Below are positions 37,535-51,697 of a DNA stretch of 64,000 nucleotides, in pieces. A program made the position numbers and the translations under genes. The DNA comes from Malacoraja senta (Eukaryota), in the NCBI GenBank assembly GCA_038087875.1, contig CM075982.1, positions 37,882,001 to 37,946,000 on the forward strand. Reading direction: 5' to 3'. The notes under the pieces are model-generated. The model worked only from the letters and a program-made list of their open reading frames with translations. It did no database searches and was not told the origin of the DNA. Position 1 is the stretch's first letter; every line of letters starts with the position of its first letter.

Positions 37535-39320
37535 AAGAAGAGAGTGCAGAAAATCAGAACGGAAGTACAAATCTGATAAGCTTCAAATTTCCTTTGAACT
37601 TCTGAAAAACAATCTTCACAAATACCAGGAAGCAGTAAAATCTGCAAGAACAAAATACTTTTCCGCCCTTATTTCCAAAAACGCTCATAACTCCAAGGTC
37701 CTTTTTAGTACCATTACCTCTATCATATGTCCTGCCTCCAGCACCAGCTTAACTGGGTCCCCTGCTAAGTGCGAGGAATTTACTACATTTTTCACCAGCA
37801 AAGTTAACATCAGATCGAATATTTCCCCTCCCATCCGTGACCTGGCTGTCTCATTGGTCTGTTCTTCAAAATTAGACTGTTTCCAACCCGTTATTCTACC
37901 CTCCCTTGTAAAACTTGTCACCACCATGAAACCTACTACCTGCCCCCTCAACATTGTCCCCTCTGCCCTTCTGAAGGATGTCATTACAATAGCCGGTCCC
38001 AGCATCCTCGCCATCTTCAACAGTTCTCTGGCCACTGGCACTGTTCCTACCTGCTTCAAGCATGTGGTGGTCCAGCCCCTCCTGAAAAACCCTAACCTCG
38101 ACCCCACCTTGCCAAGCAACTACAGACCTATTTCAAAACTGCCTTTCCTTTCTAAAGCCCTTCAAAAGGTAATTTTAAGTCAACTTATGCCTTACCTTCA
38201 CCAAAATACTATCGTGGAAAATTTCCAATCAGGTTTCAGGGCCCACCATAGCACAGAGTCTGCCATGTTGAAGGTACATAATGACCTACTTCTCACCATT
38301 GACTCCGGCGACTGTGCAATCCTGTTCCTTCTCGACCTCAGCGCAGCATTTGATACTGTCGACCACACCAGCCTAATTGACCGTCTCCGGTACGGGGTTG
38401 GTATTGATGGCACTGCCCTGAGCTGGTTCATCTCCTACCTCAAAGGTAGGAGTTTCTCTACTAACATAGGCAACTCTTTCTCCTCCCCAGCTAGCCTCTG
38501 CTGCGGGGTTCCACAAGGTTCCATCCTTGGCCCCATTCTCTTCTCCCTGTATATGCTCCCCTTAGGCCAAGTCATTCAAAGGCACGGCATTTCCGTCCAT
38601 GGCTTTGCAGACGATACACAGCTCTATCTCCCCCTGAAGCCCAACAACCGATCAAATAGCAAAAATAAAACAATTCCTCCAGTTTGATGACCTCGAAAAG
38701 ATCATCCACACATTTATCTCCTCCCGCCTCGATTACTACAACACCCTTTACACTGGCATCAGCCAATCTTTCCTGTCCTGCTTGCAACTGGTCCAAAACG
38801 CTGCAGCGAGATTCCTGACGGGCACCCGTAAAAAGGGACCACATCACCCCGATTCTGGCCTCTCCACTGGCTCCCTGTGCGGTTCCGAATAAATTTCAAG
38901 ATCCTTCTTTATGTTTACAAAGCCCTTAACGGGCCTGCCCCCACCTACATCAAAAGTCTGCTTACCCACCACACCACCTCCAGGTCCCTCAGATCGGCCA
39001 ACTTGGGGTTACTGAACATCCCGCGGTCTAGGCATAAGCTCAGGGGCGACCGCGCCTTTGCGGTTGCAGCTCCTAGACTGTGCAACAGCATCCCTCTTCC
39101 CATCAGAACTGCCCCCTCCATCGACTCCTTAAAACTCATCTTTACTCTAAAGCCTTTCTTGACGTCCTCTGAGGGAGGGCTATATGTATGTATTTATGTA
39201 TGTACTTAATCTATGAACCACTCTTGTATAACGTTAGTACCTCCACCAATGTAAAGCACTTTGGTCAACGAGAGTTGTTTTTTAAATGTGCTATAGAAAT
39301 AAAAGTGACTTGACTTGACT
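37535..39320 (+). mobile_element. L2-clade LINE, 3' portion
   Basis: [56 protein letters not shown]; AATAAAA followed by (GACTT)n tail. Confidence 0.93.
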
Positions 39321-42300
39321 ATAAAGAGAGTTGGACAGCCTGGGATTGTTTTCTCTGGAAGAATTGAGTTCGAGGGGAGATCTGATAAAAGTATATAAAA
39401 TAATAGAAGCATAGATTGGGTAGAGACACATAACCTTTTTCCCACGGTGGATGGCGTAATGCTTAAAGGAGATGTGCGGGGCAAGTCTTTTGCAGACGGT
39501 GGTGGGTGCCTGGAATGCGCTGCAAGGTGCGGTGGTGGTCGAGGCAGATATGATAGAGGTATTTAAGAGTTTTCGCATGGCGCATGGATACTCAGCAGAT
39601 GGAAGGATATTGGATTATGTGCATGCACATGAGATTAGTTTATCTTGGCATTATGTTTGGCGCAGACATGATGGGCTGAAGGGCCTATTCCTGGGCAGTA
39701 ATTTTCAATGTTCTATGAAGCCAAAAAAAGTTAATATAATCACCACCATATTAAAATGAAAACCCCAATAAATATTAATGAAACATTCACCAGTATTAAA
39801 AACGCTTGAGATGTTTGTTTATGAAGAGTTAAATTTTGGTTTGGTTCTGATTGGGAGTTGCTCACTGCGATGGAGCGATAGAAAGGATTTAAGTCTACAG
39901 GAAGACAGTATGATTTAGAGCTGGGGTCCGATATTAAAGCTATGAAAAGCGATTAGTGAGGTATTTGAGGCGGTGCAGGATCTGTGAGAAACTTTACTTT
40001 ACACCTTTGCAATATTCCCTAATTGCCGTGTTGTCCTTTGCCTGCAATTACTTTGTAAAAACATTTTGTTTATTGTTGCTGGTGGCAGCAACCTTGTGCA
40101 TCACGTAAAATAATATGCTGCAGCGTTGGACTTGGGCTCAGAACCTGACATGAAATGTGTGCAGTGTAGAAACAAGGAATGGCCGATTGTTCCCTCCTCA
40201 TGATCTGTGAACCTTGTTCAGAACAATTTCTATGAGACTAGACAGTCACATGACATACATAATCAAAAAAATTAATATCCAGCCATGGAAGTTAGCTAAT
40301 ACCATGGCAAATAATAGTAAATTTTGAGGGTCCTTTATGTCGCAAAATCACAACACAGCAATGGAAAGGGGAACATTATATTGGCCGTGGAGTCTTTGGG
40401 TTAGGAAGAGGAGAAAATTAGTGATACATTTTTCTTGTGATTATACAGTGAGCTCAAATGAGCTGAATAGCCATATAAACTCCTGGTGCCGTCCCAGGTT
40501 GGTGCTAACCTCTTCAAACATTAATCAGAAAAGAGAATTGTATTATAAAAATACCAAGGGGAAGTTTATTTTCAATGCTTTTTCATGCTTATGAATGTGA
40601 TATTTATCATCAGCTGTAAAACATGTTTCTTGTCTGTTAAATTCAATGGGGAGAAATGTAAAAGATCATTACTGGCAGTGATTAATGACACAACTTTGAC
40701 ATTATATATTGCATTTGTTGGAGAGTTAACTACATATTGGAAAATGCAATTTGTGTTGGTGTGCCATTTGAAATGTGTTGCTGTGGGGTGTGATGTGTAA
40801 ATACGGAATGCTGCATGTGTTGGTTGGTTTGGGGATTTGTACACCGTTCTGGACCCAGCGTGAATGATGTTGGGACTGTCTGCACTCATTTCCTGATGGC
40901 AATAGCTCCACTGTAGTCACCACATTGACCATTCCATTTAGGAAGGCCACAGCATGTCAGGGTGACAGAGCACCCAAGACAGTAATGGGCACTCAAAAAT
41001 GTGGGTGAGGGCAATGTGGTGGGAACCTATTCTGCAATTTACTCACACTAAAATTGAATGGGAACGGTTGATGTTGGGTGCCTGAAATAAACCATTCCTC
41101 ACACTGAGTACACTTAAGCAGCAACAACAAAAAATGGATTGGTGCTGACAGGGAGCGACCCTGAATGATTTGCTAAAATTCTCAATCTATTGAATTCACA
41201 ATCTTGTGCTTGGTCCCACCGTGTGTAGAAGAAAGGGTATATTTTCTGTTATTTCAAAATGTGACGTTTTTCCTTTTCATCATTTAATTCCAAGAAGGGC
41301 TATGGACACATTAGCTGTTGTTATTACTATTTATGTGCATGTGGTACAAAATTCTAACAGTCTGGTCTGTGTTTATTCCTCTTGCATTACTCCACAGGAT
41401 TCTGTTTACGCAGATCTGAGAAAACGGGAGCTTCAAAGAAAGGAGTGCATTTACACAACACCTTTCACAACCAAAAGGCACTCCCAAAGTAACTTCGAAA
41501 ATGGAATTATGGTTATAAAGTGGGGAAGAACATTATTCAGTTTATGCACAGCAAATTCCCAAAACAAACTTTGAGGAAACTAACCTTGTTTTGTTAACCT
41601 CTTTTGGTGTTAGAGATGTACATAGGCAACATTTGTGTAAAACTACCCTGATTTTCATGCCTATTCAAGATGGGTCTGCTCTGAAATACAGCCCCTCCAA
41701 CAACGCTGTGTTGCTCAGACCTGCACTGGAGAAGTTTAGCCTCTCGGCCTAAATTTTGTATTCAAGTCTCCAGGAGTTTGAACAATTCACAAGTCTATCA
41801 CAGAGTTCTATCACAGAGAAGGGTGATAACATGTATTGTGGAAGAGGGTCACAGTGCCGTTAGTTGAAGAATAATGTAGGTAGAACCAAAGATCTTGAGA
41901 TAGTTTTGTTATAAACTGATAGGCTATGTAATTTAGATGAAACCACGTGTTATTTATTGCATTTTACATTAGGGTTTTTGGGGGTAAGGATGAATGTGGT
42001 TTCTGGGCAATGCTGTGGAATGTACTTGTGAGATATATATATATTAGATAATGAGGAAACGTATTGTACCAGCATTGTGCCTTTCATTGACACCTAAGCA
42101 TGTTTGTCGAGCATGAAGTGGAGGGTGTGGTATTAAAAGGGATGAGTTTTAAGAAGATATTGGAAACAGAAAGGAGGATGAAAGAAATTGGAGATGAGAG
42201 AGCACAGATGATGTTGTTGAAGGCAATGCTGACAGTTGTGGGGAGAAGTGAAGAATTTCACAAACTCAGTGTCATGTGAATTTATGTATTTAGGTCGGTC

Positions 42301-43955
42301 GTGGAGGGATTCAAGACGTTGCAGAATTAGGAAAAGTAGAACTCGAAGGCATTTATACACAACCATCAAACATTTAAAGTGACAGGTTCATAAGGTCATT
42401 AGATTAGGATTTCACACACTGCAAGAGATGTATGTAATTGAATTTGCAGACATTGCACATAAGCATTGTACATCTTTTTTCACTGTTTTTTCCCACTTTG
42501 TTTTTTTGTTTATTTTGCGTTAATTTTATTTTTCTCAATCATTCATTGTGGTAGAAGGTTTCGTATTCTCATCACACCCTGGATAGAAATATTTTTCCTG
42601 AATTCATTGGGCTAATTCGTCTTTTAAATTTATTTCTCTAGTGTTGGGCCCAGCTGTAAATGGAAACGTGGTGAAATGTATGTTGGGAGGAGTTGAATGG
42701 CAAGTCTAGGGGAGAATTGGAATAGTCAGGCCTGGAGGGAACTGAAGGGTCAGTGAGGTTCTCAATCAGGAGCAAGGTGCAAGGTGCAGGTGCAAGATAG
42801 CAGTGGCCTTGTTAGAGGTGGGCAGAATTTTTAATGGAGAGGAGAAGGAGAGTTCAGCTCAGGAGCAATAAACCATGGCAGTTGCTAGCAATCTGTTGGA
42901 TGTCTACTGAGGAAGAAATTTGAGTCGGTGTCTAAGGAGTAGAGTTGGTTATGGTGTTAATATTGGTTTATTGTTGTCATGTGCGCTGAGATACATTGTA
43001 AAACTTGATATGGGGATGTTGAGATGGGCCAACATAGTGTTTTTCAAGAGGACATGGTGGATGTTGGGTTAGTGGCGCCAGTACAGTGGCAGTAGCTTGG
43101 TATTATTAGCACCCTTGTTTGCAGATGATTTCTCCAAGGTGCAAATGTTTAAGCTACCGTCACTTCATAACAACTTTACTAAATAATCTGGATTGAAACA
43201 TAACTGCAGAGTTATGCACTCTGAGTTCCTGAGTTAATGATGTGAGCTGATAATTAAATCCATGGATAAATGTAGATTTTCTGGTCAACATGTCAGCTTC
43301 AATCACCAACGTCAGAAAATAGGCTCTATGGGTTATTTGTCTTAGGCTTTTGATGGATCTTGCTGTTTGTTAAATGGATGTTACATTTGCACATATGATA
43401 GAACCTGCAGTTCAAAAGCACATGGAAAAAATCATGAATGTTTCTGAGATGTGTTGGTTTCTTCAGAAATGTTAATCCTCAGAAGCAGTAATTATTTACC
43501 GTGAGACTTCATGAAGGGATAATGAGTTAGACCTGCCGTGGCAAATGACTAAATTATCAGCACTGCTTTCATTCTACAGACAAATTCAGCTGGCTCAGTA
43601 CTGTAGATTCTCACCCACCACCTACCTCCACTAAGATTCTTCAATGTGTTAGTTAGTTTACTTCATCTAATCTCATAAAAAGTTTTCCTTCCACTCCTTT
43701 TTGCTGTTGAAAAGAAATAAAGTTCCAGGATCGATGCCATTGTTCAGAGGAATTTTGTTTATCTCTGGAAAATGTTAACTGCCTGTCCTTTGGCATTACA
43801 CTGGGTACAAGTAGTGATACAGTTGTTGGGAATGCTGGATCTGTTAATTCACTGTCAACTGTGTTTTTTCTTGCCACCCGATCTGACAATCTGTATCTGT
43901 TCTCTGTTCTCTGGTCTTGGCTGGCTGGGTTGATGGATGCTACCAATCGCTACAG

Positions 43956-43967
43956 GAGTTGGATGAG
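43956..43967 (+). CDS. STX16: STX16 12-nt microexon (exon 2, ELDE)
   Basis: ctacag|GAG TTG GAT GAG|gtactg; matches the ELDE between SIAA and LADDR in human STX16 as I recall it; ~130-nt AG-free zone upstream. Confidence 0.9.
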
Positions 43968-44182
43968 GTACTGTCCAATTTATCATTTTAATACTGCAAA
44001 GAATGAGCCTTTTGGTTCCAGGGCCCAAACTAATTTTGTGCTGAAAATTCATACTTAACACAAATTCCTAAATTGTCTTCAGACATTGATTGTGGATTTC
44101 TATTGAAACGCAGCTTCCTTAACAGTAATAGCCTTTGAAGTGAAACTATGCACCAACAATAATGTGCAATATTTTTGCAATA

Positions 44183-44478
44183 GGGTGGCACAGTGGTATA
44201 ACGGTAGAGCTGCTGCCTCACAGTGCCAGAGACCTGGTTTCGATCCTGACTACTGGTGCTGTCCGTATGGAGTTTGTACGTTCTCCCTGTGACCGCATGG
44301 ATTTTCTCCAGGTGCTCTGGATTCCTCCCACACTCCAAAGATGTACAGGTTTGTAGGTTAATTGGCTTTGGTAAAAATAGTAAATTGTCCCAAGAGTGCA
44401 GGATAATGTTAGTGTGATTGCTAGCCAGCATGGACTTGGCGGGCTGAACGGCCAGTTTCCACGCTGTATCTCTAAAGT
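44183..44478 (+). mobile_element. tRNA-derived SINE (HE1-like), near full length
   Basis: A-box-like GGCACAGTGG, B-box GGTTTCGATCC; CR1-like 3' end. Confidence 0.85.
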
Positions 44479-44999
44479 CAATATTTATATATAGCTGTCA
44501 AAGTGTCATACCATACAGTAAAGTCTGATTTCATTTATTTCCAATGGTATACCCAATTGATGAAAATTCACCCAGTCTTTTGCATGACGTTGAATAAGCC
44601 TTGTATCTGGTCAGTTCCAAACAGTTCCATGACCATTGATCTCCTTTGGCTTCTGCCGTTGAAACCTGAGTCTGTGCTTGTGTAGTTGTATATCCTGAGA
44701 ACTGGCCTGCAGATCATCGTGATGAGAAATTTCAGAAATTGAGTAGACTGGAGAAGCTGATATTGTTCTTAGAGTAAAGAAGATTAAAAGGAGATTATTA
44801 CTCTTTTATTTAAGCGAGATTTACTCCTTTAGTTCATGGTTCAAGGATCACCGGGTGCAGATTTAACTTTTTGTGCAAAAAATACAGGGAAACGTTCGGA
44901 GAAAGTTTTACCCTATGTGGTTATGATGTAGAACCCACTGCCCACAGGTATATCGCTCACTCCGCGTTTGCTTCAGTGAGGAGTGCAGGAGGACAGGCT

Positions 45000-46740
45000 G
45001 AATCATGTGTACATAAAAATGAGATGCCAAATTGCAATTTTGATTGAATGCATGCTAAATTGCAAAAACTGCATGCAATACACAAAACCATGGAATTCCA
45101 CCGTATCTTGCTGTGAACAACAATGAACAATAAACAGCAAATGGAAAAGGAGGTATCCCCATCGTCCATATTATGGGGCCGGGCTAGTGAGTGTAAAATG
45201 TGGCTGAAATATTTACAACCACGTTCAGCCAGAAGAGATCCCACCACTGCAGAAACCAGTCCTCGGGCAGTTGATTCACTCCATGAGATATGTAACCGGT
45301 GAGAGCAGTAGAGACAGGAAAGACAATGGGACAAAGGACATCTTGACTGTAGTACTGAAGACCTGTATTCCTATACTGGCCACATCTTTTCCCATATTGT
45401 TCCAGTACAATATCAGTAATGGCATCCAAAAATGCATTAAAAAAAACAATGAATCCAATACTGACTAAATTACACACCTTCAACTTCTATCATCGGCAAG
45501 GTGTTGTGAACAATGCCATTATGTATCACTTGCTCACCAATAACCTGCTCACCGATGTCCAGTTTTGGTTTCACCAGGACCATGACTTCATCACAGCCTT
45601 GTTCCAAACATGGACCAAAAGGCTGAATTCCAAACATATGGTGAGAGTGACTGCTTTTGACATCAAGGCAGCATTGACTGAGTGCACTGTCGAGGGATGC
45701 TGGTAAAACCAAAGACAATGGTGGAGTTGTATATTGGACAATGGAAGGTGGTTGTTGGAGGTTAATCATCCCAGTCCTAGAACATTGTTCAGGGGTTCTT
45801 AAAGGCTAGTGACATTTCTATATTCTTCCTTAAAACAATTAATAGGACAGTAATAGTTCAGGAAGAGAAAATATAGATTTTGGGTTGTTGGTTCTTCAGG
45901 ACATACTAAGATTCAGACCCGCAACAATGAAAGAACTGAGATACGTTTTCTCTGTCCAAACTTCAGTTGTGTCATCAATAACTTTCCTTCAGTCACAAGG
46001 TCTGAGGTGGGGAGGTATGCTTATATTCACTTACTATTTAATTCCATTCACAACTCCTTCACTAGTGAAACACTTTATGCCTGCATGCAGCAAGGCAGAG
46101 ATAAAATACAAGCATGAGCTGATAAGTAGTGAGTAGTATTTGTACCAGAAAAGTCCCAGAAAAATGACCATTTCCAACAAGAGGAAGTCTAACTACCCTT
46201 GACTTCAATGGAATTGTCATGGCCAACTCCCTCACAACCAACTTTCTGGGGGTATCATTCACCAGAACTTGACCGGACCAGCCACATAAATGCTGTGGCT
46301 TCAAGAACAGTTCTGAGATTAGTATCAGCAATGAGTGACTCACTCACTGACATCCCAAAGCCTTACCCCATCTACAAGCTACAAAATAATGCTCTTCTCT
46401 TGCCCAGATAATGTAGCTCGAACAACTGAAGACGCTCAACACTATCCAGGACAAAGCAGTACCCTTGAGTCGAGATCCATCCACTATCGAAGTATGCATT
46501 CCCTCCACCACTGCCTGATCGTGGCTGTGGTGGGTACCATTCGCAAAGTGCACTGCAACTCCTCATCTAGACTACTTTGCCCAAAATGCAGCCCCTACCA
46601 TTAAGGAGGACAAAGGCAGCAGGGGGCATTGGAAGACCACCACCTACGATTCCCCTCCAGTGATCATGGCAATTTGAGAAGATAACTAATCGGCTATAAA
46701 TGTTTGCCTTGCCAGCAATGTCTACATTGTGTAGAAAGAA
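45000..46740 (+). mobile_element. Highly decayed RT-encoding LINE
   Basis: NNLLTDVQFWF and VTAFDIKAA RT-like remnants. Confidence 0.6.
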
Positions 46741-47827
46741 TAAACTAAATCCGAATTTTCTAGAGGGAATGTATAACACTTGAACGAGCATAAATTGCAA
46801 GGCTGGGGAGAAAGATCAAGGATTAGGGACTAATGATATTGCTCTTCTGGGAGTTGTCAGATACTTGATGTCCTATTAGATATATACTTTTGTAATTTAC
46901 TTATCATAATTCTGTAGCCAGGATCCTCTCCCGCATTCACATTTATTCATATTCATGTTTTCTTGTCATGTATGAGGTCATTTAGCCATTTGGATCAATG
47001 CCGATTCCAAGCAGTCCCTGCCATTTATTCTCTTACACGTGCATATTAACACCCTCCTGATTCTTATCTCACCCAACTATGTTGAGGATACTTTACAGTT
47101 GTCAATTAACCCACTAATCAGCACTTCTTCAGGATGTGAGAGGAAATATGAGCACCTGGTGGAAACTTGTTGAGTATGAATGCAAGAAAGCATAATAGGT
47201 CACATTGGAATGGGTTGGCAGGATCACAGGGAGAGCGTACAAACTCCATTCATGGCATCCAAGTTCAGAATTGAACCGGGGTTGCAGGAGCTTGAGACCG
47301 CTATACTACCTGCAATGCCACAATGGCAACTATGTCTAACACGCACTGCATTTTCTCTGCTCTATGAAATCTCCCCAGTAAGTCCTCTTCCATCTCATTT
47401 TAATTTATTTAGAGTATTTTGACAACTTTTTCCAATGTGACCTATTGTGCTTTCTTGAATTCGTACTCAGCCTCAGTGCCCTTTTTACATTGTTGGAGGA
47501 CTAGCAACATCTTTGAACTATTTTGCCAGTGTCATTTCCCACCCTCCCCTTAGAATATTAACTTGCCTGACATTAATGACACATTTGTGACTTTCTGAAG
47601 TATTATTTTCTGAGATTAAGTTGTTACATTCCAGCTTGTTTGAGGATGTTTAGGTTAGCTGAATGCACTTTCATTAGAGAGCAATAGTTGCATGATGTAC
47701 CACCGTGTGTTTGAACGTTAAGAAATATTCTAAATATTGTAATAGGGTCTTTATTTCTCCCATGAGTGCTTGAGTAGAATGAACAGCCATTTGTGCACAA
47801 GAGGGAAAATGAATCTTACAGTGTATT

Positions 47828-48306
47828 ATGTTTCCACCACCGATTTTCCGGCACCCTTGATTCCAGAGCCTTTCTGGATTATCCATTTTGCTGGATCAAC
47901 AGAGGTCAAGGCCTCCAAGAGGAGCACAACAGTACTGGAACGGAAGCCGAGATACTGGCCCACAAAGTCGGCTATGGGACCGGATCTGCCGGCTCCGGCT
48001 GAGCCAGGGGATGGGGCAAATTCGACCTGACGATCAGCTGAGGAAGATGACTATGGCAACCGATCTGTCGGTTCGGGGATCTGTCAGCTCTGGCCAGGCT
48101 GGAGTTTCAGTCCCAACCATGGGGCAAATTTGACCCGCCCATCGGCGTGGAAGTCCTCGTGCGGTCAAGATCGGCTGCCTTACCCGGCCTAGGTGCCACA
48201 TTTTCGGTGGGACTTCCGGGTAGGATATCAAGTGCGTTCTCATGATTTTGTATGGATCAAAGGAGATGCTCGGCCTTCAGTTGCCAGAAAATCGATGGTG
48301 GACCTA
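47828..48306. mobile_element. pogo/Tigger-like MITE
   Basis: TIR TCCACCACCGATTTTCCGGCA at the left versus TGCCAGAAAATCGATGGTGGA at the right; GC-rich interior. Confidence 0.7.
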
Positions 48307-49568
48307 GACGGTCTGGGAATTCACGACTGACTGGAAGTGAATTTTTGAGAGATTGCTTAGTGGTTTGTTTTGGAGTTCTGAATTCTCTTGTATTTGCCTT
48401 GCTTTGAAAATAATGTGTTAATGTTGGAAAGAATGAGGAAAAGAACAAAGCCAAATTAAAGACAATTGGGTATTGATGAAAAATAAGACCTTCCTCCAGT
48501 CTTGAGAGAAGAGAGTTGGGTGATGTGAACGTGAATTGTATTAAGCAGTACAGAGAAGAAAAAGAACAAACAAATATTAATTAAGAGCAATCTTAATTCT
48601 GAAGAAGAGTCTCGACCTGAAACATTGCCTATTTCCGTCGCTCCATAGATGCTGCCTCGCCCGCTGAGTTTCTCCAGCATTTTTGTCTATCTTAAATTAA
48701 GAGCAAACATTCTTGTAATAAAAATATATCCACTCGGTTGAAAAACCTCAAGGATCCTTATAAATCAATTCTATAATTGGAATGATTGTGCAACAGAAGT
48801 GTGAATTTTGTGGATTATTGGTAGGTGACCAAATTATGACTCTTCCAATGAATCAGATATCATGGTCTATCAGATACCACGTTCATCTGTAGTCGATGGG
48901 AAAAGTGGAGGGCACGGTCTCAGGGAATCTGGGGTTACAGTGCAGTGCCATTTTGAATTATACTACTGAGAGGGTTGCCAAAATTAAAATGTTTGAAGGT
49001 GGAGGATTGAACGTTGTTCCCAGGGTATGGCCAATCTGTCCTTGGCCACCAAATTAAAATATGGTTGTATTCTGAAAGCACACTCCAGTTTTCTCCCTCA
49101 GTGTAATGCCTGGCCACAAACCAAACCACTGATTATCCATTTAACAAAGCTGATATAATTCCCTTAAATAGGACATTCACTTTTTCTTTGCAAATTGATA
49201 CAAAGGAGCTCCTGTTACAGAATGTGTCCGCCCTGTGAAGTGTGAGGTGCGCAGTTTATAACTTGGTTGTTTTTGACATTTGCCATTTTTTTCCTCGTCC
49301 ATTGATCTTGAAATTGAGGACTGTATATCAGCTGCCAGTGGTTGGTATTGTAAAGTATGTTCTGTGCTGTAAACCTTATTGTATGCACAGAGACCATTAA
49401 TCCTGTGTACAGATTGATTAGGTTGAAGGAAGGTAGAGTCACATGAAAGGACTTGAGTAATAATACCCAAGGCCCGAAAGCACTGAAAATGATGTGCAGC
49501 CGGAAAGCACTGATGTTTGTCTGATGTGTGGGAAGAGAGCACTGACTGCATGTTTGCCTCGTTGACAG

Positions 49569-49676
49569 ATTGCCAATGATCGCATGGCCTTGGTGTCTGG
49601 AATCGGCTTGGATCCAGAGGCTGCAATTAGTGTCAGCAAGAGACTGCCTCCGAAATGGGTGGATGGAACAGAGCAA
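49569..49676 (+). CDS. STX16: STX16 exon 3
   Basis: ttgacag|[36 protein letters not shown]|gtaagt; 108 bp. Confidence 0.96.
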
Positions 49677-50380
49677 GTAAGTAACAAGAACATCTCTGGT
49701 TGATGCAGCCTCTGCTTTCCTAAGAAAGTTGGAGGGTGAATCCATCAATTCCATTTCAACCATATCCCCTTAATCTCTCAATAAAAATACTGGAAACATT
49801 CAGTGAGTCAAGCACCATCTGTGGCGAGAGAAACAGTTAACATTTCAGATATGGACCTTTCATCAGCTGATCTTCATTTCCCTTTAATACTGTAATTTTC
49901 AATGTACTCAATGACAAAGTATCCACGGCTCCCTGAGGGTAGATGATTGAAGATTTGCAACTATGTGTGAATAAATCCTGCTTAATCCCAGTTCTAAATG
50001 GTCTTCCCATTATTTTGAGACAATGCACACTATCCTAGACACCCAAGCGAAGGAAGGATTTTACCTGTTGCACCATTTCAGAAATGTCAACATTTTAATG
50101 AAGCATCTCTCATTCTTCTCAACCTGTGAGAATATAGACAGACATATGCTGGGCTCTCTGTGTCAGCAATCTACTCATGCCAGAAGTTAATCTAAATAAC
50201 TTTCATTACACCACATGTGAGGGAAGTATGCCTTTTCTTGGCTGAAGAGATCTAAATTACACACAGTACTCCTGACTGGGTTCACAAAGTTCTGCTCAAT
50301 TGGAGTAAGCTTCATTACCTTTGTATTCAAACAGACTTGAAATAAAGCATAACATTTACCTTCATAATTGCTTGCTGACA

Positions 50381-51697
50381 TCTATATAATTAAAAGTCTA
50401 AACTTGACCACTTCCTGTTTGCACTGTGTATTGATTTTAGAAAATCGCTACCACTTACGGCTGTGATTTTTGGCCATCTTACTCAGAGCCCCCCTCCGCT
50501 CATCAGGTGCCGAGGATTTTCCCATCGATGAAAAATAAAAGAGTTATTAGTATTTAAAAAATGTTGAGATTCTCTCTCCTGTCAATCACTGCCATGAAGG
50601 CTAGGCCCCTTCCGGTGGGAGTGGGGGAGGGACTATAAAATCCAGAAGTGTGGGCGTGGCTCAGTCTCTGCAAGATGGGGGAGGGAGCGGTCATGACTCT
50701 CAGTCTGAGCTGTGTGTAGCTTTATGGTGTTTTATGTGGTTTTATGGTGGTTTCACCCTGCTTGAAATGGTATAAAACTGCATTTGAATTTGGTGGCCTT
50801 GCACCCTGCTTGAAATGGTATGAAACTGCATTTGAATTTGGTGGCCTTGCACCCTGCTTGAAATGGTATGAAACTGCATTTGAATTTGGTGGCCTTGCAC
50901 CCTGCTTGAAATGGTATGAAACTGCATTCGAATTTGGTGGCCTTGCATCTTGCTTGAAATGGTATGAAACTGCATTTGAATTTTGTGACCTTGCTCCCAG
51001 CTTGAAATGGTATGAAACTGCATTTGAATTTGGTGGCCTTGCACCCAGCTTGAAGTGGTATGAAACTGTACTTGAATTTGGTGGTCTTGCATGCACCCTG
51101 CTTCAAGTGATGGGAAACTGCACTTGAATTTGGTGGCCTTGCACCCTGCTTCAAGTGGTAGGAAACGGCACTTGAATTTGGTGGCCTTGCACCCTGCTTG
51201 AAGTGGTAGGAAACTGCACTTGAATTTGGTGGCTTTGCACCCTGCTTGAAGTGGTAGGAAACTGCATTTGAATTTGGTGGCCTTGCACCCTGCTTGAAGT
51301 GGTAGGAAACTGCACTTGAATTGTAATGGCCTTGCACCCTGCTTGAAGTGGTAGGAAACTGCTTTTGAATTTGGTGGCCTGCACTCTGCTTGAAATGGAA
51401 TTTCAAGGAATAGCCGTGAGTCAACTGCCAGCCCACCAGCCATGAGTGAGTGAGCTGCCAGCACACCAGGCTTGAGTGACTGAGCCGCCAGCCCAAGAAT
51501 CCATTTGGCCCACAATGTCCATACTAGCCCTCTGGAAACCAGTCCCTTCAGCCCATAACACCCATACTAGCGCTCCAGAAAGCGCCCCCCCCCCCCACTG
51601 GCCACCAATATTGGAATTGGTGGCGAGGTGGAATATTGCATTGTGTGACCAGCCCTCCCATGTGAACATGGGACCCAATGGGTCCCACTTAGTCTAG
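50381..51697 (+). mobile_element. Non-autonomous Helitron
   Basis: A|TCTATATAATT 5' end; GGGACCCA-A-TGGGTCCC hairpin (51670-51686) then CTAG|T 3' end; inserted between A and T with no TSD. Confidence 0.88.
50755..51400 (+). repeat. 48-bp minisatellite (~13 copies) inside the Helitron
   Basis: Unit CTTGAAATGGTATGAAACTGCATTTGAATTTGGTGGCCTTGCACCCTG. Confidence 0.95.

Noticed and set aside
44183-44260. tRNA gene
   Set aside because: The tRNA-like head continues into a SINE body repeated at 24907 and ~6175
50755-51400. CRISPR-like array or repeat-protein ORFs (up to 257 aa)
   Set aside because: Contiguous 48-bp units with no unique spacers; the ORFs arise because the unit is a multiple of 3; lies in a Helitron in a vertebrate intron
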